The notes beneath the pieces were generated by a model. The model was not told where the DNA came from. It searched no databases and saw nothing but the letters and a program-made list of their open reading frames with translations. Both the position numbers and the translations under genes were made by a program. A DNA stretch of 63,997 nucleotides, filler included, from Blastocystis sp. subtype 4 (lineage: Eukaryota): the NCBI RefSeq assembly GCF_000743755.1. It is 11 parts of 11 records of this genome, joined end to end, with 100 filler letters (N's around TTAATTAATTAA, not from the genome) between each part and the next. Parts side by side here need not be neighbours in the genome. Positions count along the whole stretch, not along the records: positions 55,798 to 61,232 come from NW_014569082.1; positions 61,333 to 63,997 come from NW_014568912.1; 9 more parts are not named here. One strand, 5' to 3'. Positions 59,515 through 63,997 of this stretch are shown here, in pieces (the first letter of the stretch is position 1; the number at the start of each line of letters is the position of its first letter).

Positions 59515-61029
59515 ATGTCGAAATATGACCAGAATGCTTTAGCTATGAACAGAAGAAATGTTATATGGTTGAGTGTCTCTTTCTCATTCATCTACTTCGG
59601 TACTCTCGTTTCGGATTCGTAATGGATAGGAATTAATACCTTCAAGAGCTTTGCTGTTCCTTTTCTGGGTAGAGTATCTTGGTTACATTAAGGCTAGGGA
59701 ATCTCGGATCTATGTGTCTAGGTATTCTTTATGCAGTATCGGCTGTAGCAAGCTTCTTTGTTCCAATGATTCTGTACCTAGCCAAGTCTGAAATAGGGTG
59801 TTTAATGGTTTCTGGGTTTGCAATGGTGTATTATATTTTCCGTCAACTCTAATCTTTGTAGTGTGTATTTACTACTGTATGTATACCTGATACCTGGAGT
59901 TACTGTTGTGATGAGTTTTTTGGCAGGAGTATTCTTTTCTGTAGTAGATACAATATTCGGTATCATGTAGATCTCTTGGGCTGTTCAGAGTATACTGATT
60001 GCAAAGAATTCTGTCGATGAGAATCGTGGTTTTAACAGTAATCTTTTCTATGGAATCTTCATGGTGGGTAATGTTTTTGGTAATGTCTTTGCTTACATCA
60101 TTCTTGATGTAATGGAAGTCGTAGTAGTTGCTCTGATTATTGACTTTAGGATGTTCATGGTAACTCTCATGGCTGGAATGGAGGTATGTCGATTCTCTTT
60201 ATCGGTCTTAGCAGTAATGTCGTTTGTTCTTCTCAACTCTAGTTTTTGCTCTTATCGGTAGCTTCTTAATGTTTAACATTAAGAAGAATCTACCTACTTC
60301 ACCTTCTGAGAAGGTGGAAGTTGTGGCGACGGAACCACAAGCAGAAACTAAGACCATTTGTAGAACCACTTGTCAGAAGATTGGTATCGTGTTTCGTTGT
60401 TTGATAGAACCTCGAATGTTACTTCTGATTGTATACTTCATCAATAATGGCTATGCTCAAGTTCTTGTCTCCACTCAAGTTACACGCCAGATTCAGTCTG
60501 TTAAGTTAGTTGGTCTAGCTATGGCTGTCTTTGCTATTGTTGAAGTTCTGACTACAGGGATACTTGCTCAAGTCTCAGATAAGGCGGGCCATTTTCTTAT
60601 AGGAGTCATTGGATTGATTGCTGAAGTGTTGGCCTGTGTCTCAACATATTATATGAATGAGTATCAAAGCTGGTTGGTATATCTTCCACCAGTCTTCTTT
60701 GCTGTTATGGATACTGTGTACCAGACTGAAGTAGAGGTTTGTATGTGTATCATAAGACATAGTGCATGTCAATTGTGGGTCGATTCTTTGATGATGAACT
60801 AGAGAATGCTGCATCTACGTATCGATTGATCCAAGGTATTGGAAGCAGTATTTGCTCCTATGTAACTCCTTTGTTTGTGTCGCAAGGAGCAAGTGCTAGT
60901 ACTCCATCTCAGTTAATTGCTGAAATGGCAGTCGCTTTGATTCTGGCTCTTGTCGGTTATATCCTTCTTTGTGTGTTTTTGATATTATTCAAGAAACCGA
61001 AAGATATTATACCTACACCTGAGAAGTAA
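59515..61029 (+). CDS. UNC93-like MFS membrane protein, multi-exon
   Basis: RRNVIWLSVSFSFIYFG start, LG....GILYAV, PRMLLLI motif, many TM helices. Confidence 0.75.
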
Positions 61030-61066
61030 TCTTCTAGAATCATATCTGTTTGTTGATAGAATGATA

Positions 61067-61232
61067 TTCCCGTGGTTTCAGATCATGGGGAAACTTTCCC
61101 CGAGAAACGGAGTAACATCTGCGTACGCCTGCAAACCCTAATTAGATTGAATCAATGGTAAGTAAACATTGTTCATCAGTCGGAAGTGTTCTCCCCGACT
61201 TACCTCATGTAGTTCCGTTTCACTTCTTTAGC
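61067..61232 (+). ncRNA. Structured element, candidate telomerase RNA core (alternative: structured intron of a minus-strand gene)
   Basis: Closing stem 61104-61118/61207-61221 encloses AAACCCTAA (61133-61141) and a potential pseudoknot; additional hairpins lie 5'. Confidence 0.3.
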
Positions 61233-61332
61233 NNNNNNNNNNNNNNNNNNNNNNNNNNNNNNNNNNNNNNNNNNNNTTAATTAATTAANNNNNNNNNNNN
61301 NNNNNNNNNNNNNNNNNNNNNNNNNNNNNNNN
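61233..61332. other. Artificial contig spacer
   Basis: N/TTAATTAATTAA/N, 100 nt. Confidence 0.97.
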
Positions 61333-62141
61333 TAGTTGTATTGAATCTCTGATTATTGATGATGATTTCAATCCTGATATATCATCATTGATATTGAACA
61401 ATTCATTGATATCATTGAAACGAATTGAGATAGGAAATGATTGTTTTGAGAATGTGAATCGATTTGTGATTGATGGATTGAATGAATTGGAGAGTTTGGT
61501 TATTGGTGATGGGAGCTTTGAACTTGATGAATATAATCGAGAAGGCAGCAAATGTTTGATAATGAATTGTGATCAGTTGAGAGAAATCCACATCGGAGAC
61601 AGTACATTGTGGTGGCATCAGTCATTTGAATTGAAGAATCTTCCTTTTCTGATTTCCATTCAATTGGATCATTGGGGGTTCCGTAGGTGTCATAGGATAG
61701 TATTTGAGAGTATGAATGATTGACTGAATGATGAATGAGATCTGGTTCGACTTCAGTCTATCTCTCTTGGATGTGAGGCTCTTAGAGGTTATAAATATAC
61801 TGATGATTCAAATGAATTGATAATGAGGAGTATGAGTGATAATGATGATTGATTGTTGAGATCTCCCTTCTCTATCTTCATTTAAAGGAGATAGCAACTT
61901 ATTTTGGATAGGCAAAGTGATATTGGATAGTGATGACTGATGTTTGAATTTGAATTAGACATTCCATCTTTGATTTCAGAAGGAATTCAGATAGATTATT
62001 ATGCATTTGTATGTGTGAGAGAATTGAGTAGTTGGAGTATGATTGATGATTGATAATGATTGAGATGCTGACTCTCTTGATCAATTCATTCGACATAAGA
62101 GTGATTGTCTACGAAATATAGAAAGAAAGAACAATGAATGA
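61333..62141 (+). CDS. LRR-like family protein, 3' part, multi-exon
   Basis: LKRIEIGNDCFENVNRFVIDGLNELESLVIG..., homologous to the C-terminal part of 40929-43105; TGA at 62139-62141, TGTTTGTT at 62144. Confidence 0.7.
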
Positions 62142-62216
62142 ACTGTTTGTTAATGGCTAGGATTGTTGTTAGGGTAGTATAGTACTAACTTGTGTCACAT
62201 ACATATGTGGAGTGGG

Positions 62217-62394
62217 CAAACCATCCCAAACATGGGGCCCCAACTCTAGGTGACTTCACAAGCAAAATATGAAATCATAGTGTAATATTGAGATTCGATT
62301 ATCACTATTACAAACCAATTGGCGTAATTAAGACCAAAGTGAATGCATTTATGACTGGCTTCAGTGATGTACATTATTCAATAATCATTCGAGG
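62217..62394 (+). mobile_element. Degraded relic of the element end seen at 10750-11070
   Basis: 62217-62260 matches 10750-10793 at 34/44 nt; 62372-62394 matches 11048-11070 at 21/23 nt (HYSIIIRG vs HYSIIIQG). Confidence 0.6.
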
Positions 62395-63607
62395 TTATTA
62401 TTGTATAGAATTGAGCATCATCATTAGTAGGGATGTTCTGAAAATCCATTTGTGTAAGATTGATGAATCGTTCCTGTGAATATCCTTCAAAGATATCTGA
62501 GAAGTTGACTTTGATAGTTGAATAAGCAACAGTTGATCTTGACTTCTGAACATATTGAGGATAATTGTCACTATATGGTTGACATATTATAATACAGTCC
62601 ATGGAAAGAAGGCAGCTGCACTACCTCGCTACCCCAGAACGCACTAGACCTTATACCTCCACATATCCTCGTGTCACATAATCAGGAACCTAAATCCCAT
62701 TTCCACTAATTCTGGAGGAACATAGTTCTTTCCTGACCATTTTGTATTGTAGATAGTACTTGGATTATAATTACCAATCTACACATCTTCAGGAGAGAGA
62801 ACCAATGATTTGAAGCATCCGATTGTTATTCAAAGCACAATCAGAATCAGTCTCATCACATTGTCTGCTACATTAGATAAATGTATTGGAATGCTCCAAA
62901 TATTGCGAGAGTGAGATTATGATACAAATCAATATGATTCAATTGAAGTATGTCCTCACTACTAATACTCTCTCTTCACCTCATCATTGAATACAGGATC
63001 TGATGCAATCACAAATAGAAATCGATTATTCAGATTGAAGAATCATGAGAATCAATTTCAAAGAATCTGTCTCTCTTTAGTTTCTCTTACTACGGACACT
63101 ACAAGAATCAATAATCGATAATGAGAATGAAGATTCAGATAAGGAACAAACAAATACTCCACTCCATTTCCTAAGGGACTGTAGATAATTCTTGCTGTTG
63201 ATTGTCCTAAATGAGAAGAGCTTTCCGAATCGATGATAACAATCCAATTCCACTTCACATTTATCACAAACTCGATACTCAAGAGAAACAGAACTCAAGT
63301 ATTGATTGTACTCTATTGAATTGCACTTTGGTTCTTTGCAGATGAATAATGATTCAGAGATGAGAGGATTATTGAATAATGATGATAATGAGATTAAGAG
63401 AAGCAAAAGAAGGAGAGATAGTATCTGTAAACCAACTAATGGAATAAGAAACGATAAAGATGACCAAAAATGATAGAAATATCAAATCTATTCCCTTTCT
63501 GATGATCAGAGAAAGAGAATAGTAATTGAGTGATTGTTGATTATGTCAACTTGATCATGATCTACATTCAAATATCTCAATCCCAACCTGAATATCAACA
63601 AACAATC

Positions 63608-63997
63608 TCATATCCATTCTGAATCAGTTTTCATCATTCGATTGATACATTGAATTCGATTCTTATTCACACTATACTTAACAGGATGAAGATGATAGGA
63701 AGTCCTATTCTTGTTACAACCATGGTTACAAGATGGAATCGCCTTGGCATTCAAACAGTTCAATACAACAGGAACTGCCATCTCTAGAAACACCAACTCA
63801 GAATACATCTCTTCAAACATCATTGATACAGAATTCACATCTCTTGAATGAACATAGAATGCATCACTCCATCCAATCATCTGATTCTATTCTGGATGTT
63901 TCAATCTCATCTTATTGGTTGCATTACTCAAAGCATCACAAAACATTATCCCTCTTTCATTCTTACGTCGAGTCCAGACCCACTCTGATAGTGGATG
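63608..63997 (-). CDS. DUF288/STELLO-like putative glycosyltransferase, 3' end
   Basis: WSDAFYV...VFLEMAVP...HPVKYS motifs; TGTTTGTT at 63597-63604 (-). Confidence 0.55.

Noticed and set aside
61087..61205. U1-like ACTTACCT, RNase MRP-like GGGGAAA..TCCCCG, and hammerhead-like CTGATGA (minus)
   Set aside because: The downstream elements each family needs (U1 stems/Sm site, MRP CR-IV/CR-V, GAAA after stem II) are not seen; the contig end limits certainty for MRP.
5683..61332. Regularly spaced TTAATTAATTAA palindromes flanked by N runs
   Set aside because: Identical 100-nt artificial linkers with stops in six frames. They are not biological, and ORFs crossing them or gene neighbourhoods across them are meaningless.
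102..63997. Genome-wide stop-codon reassignment to explain the many broken ORFs
   Set aside because: Breaks in conserved genes are resolved by ~30-nt GT-AG introns, and TAA, TAG and TGA all terminate conserved proteins here.

Overview
AT-rich eukaryotic DNA made of about 11 unrelated short contigs. They are joined by ten artificial 100-nt N/TTAATTAATTAA/N spacers, so adjacency across spacers has no meaning. The genes are densely packed, carry ~30-nt GT-AG introns and usually end at a TGTTTGTT element. These are hallmarks of the gut stramenopile Blastocystis; that assignment is inferred from sequence features, not from a database search. Housekeeping genes include the HSP60 and NDUFV1 tails, a ROK kinase, tRNA-Ser, H3, organellar TyrRS, RBM22, GNL3, RACK1, RPL37, a NEK kinase, TTC4, ClpB, ITPK1 and UNC93. 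Expanded lineage families (MORN-like, LRR-like, Ig-like surface proteins, glycosyltransferases) are also present. Most notable observations: (1) several genes whose natural stop would be completed by poly(A), a known Blastocystis trait; (2) a candidate endogenous Polinton-like virus end (penton-like ORF, decayed HNH, repeat-rich leader) with a second relic copy in another contig; (3) a structured ~160-nt element with a telomere-template-like AAACCCTAA inside a closing stem and pseudoknot, a candidate telomerase RNA with a competing structured-intron reading; (4) a membrane-anchored protein built like phage propeller/decoration proteins; (5) a G-to-A-biased H4 pseudogene; (6) a perfect 99-bp inverted repeat bracketing two MORN/LRR genes. 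All family calls rest on motif recognition by eye, and exon boundaries are manual.
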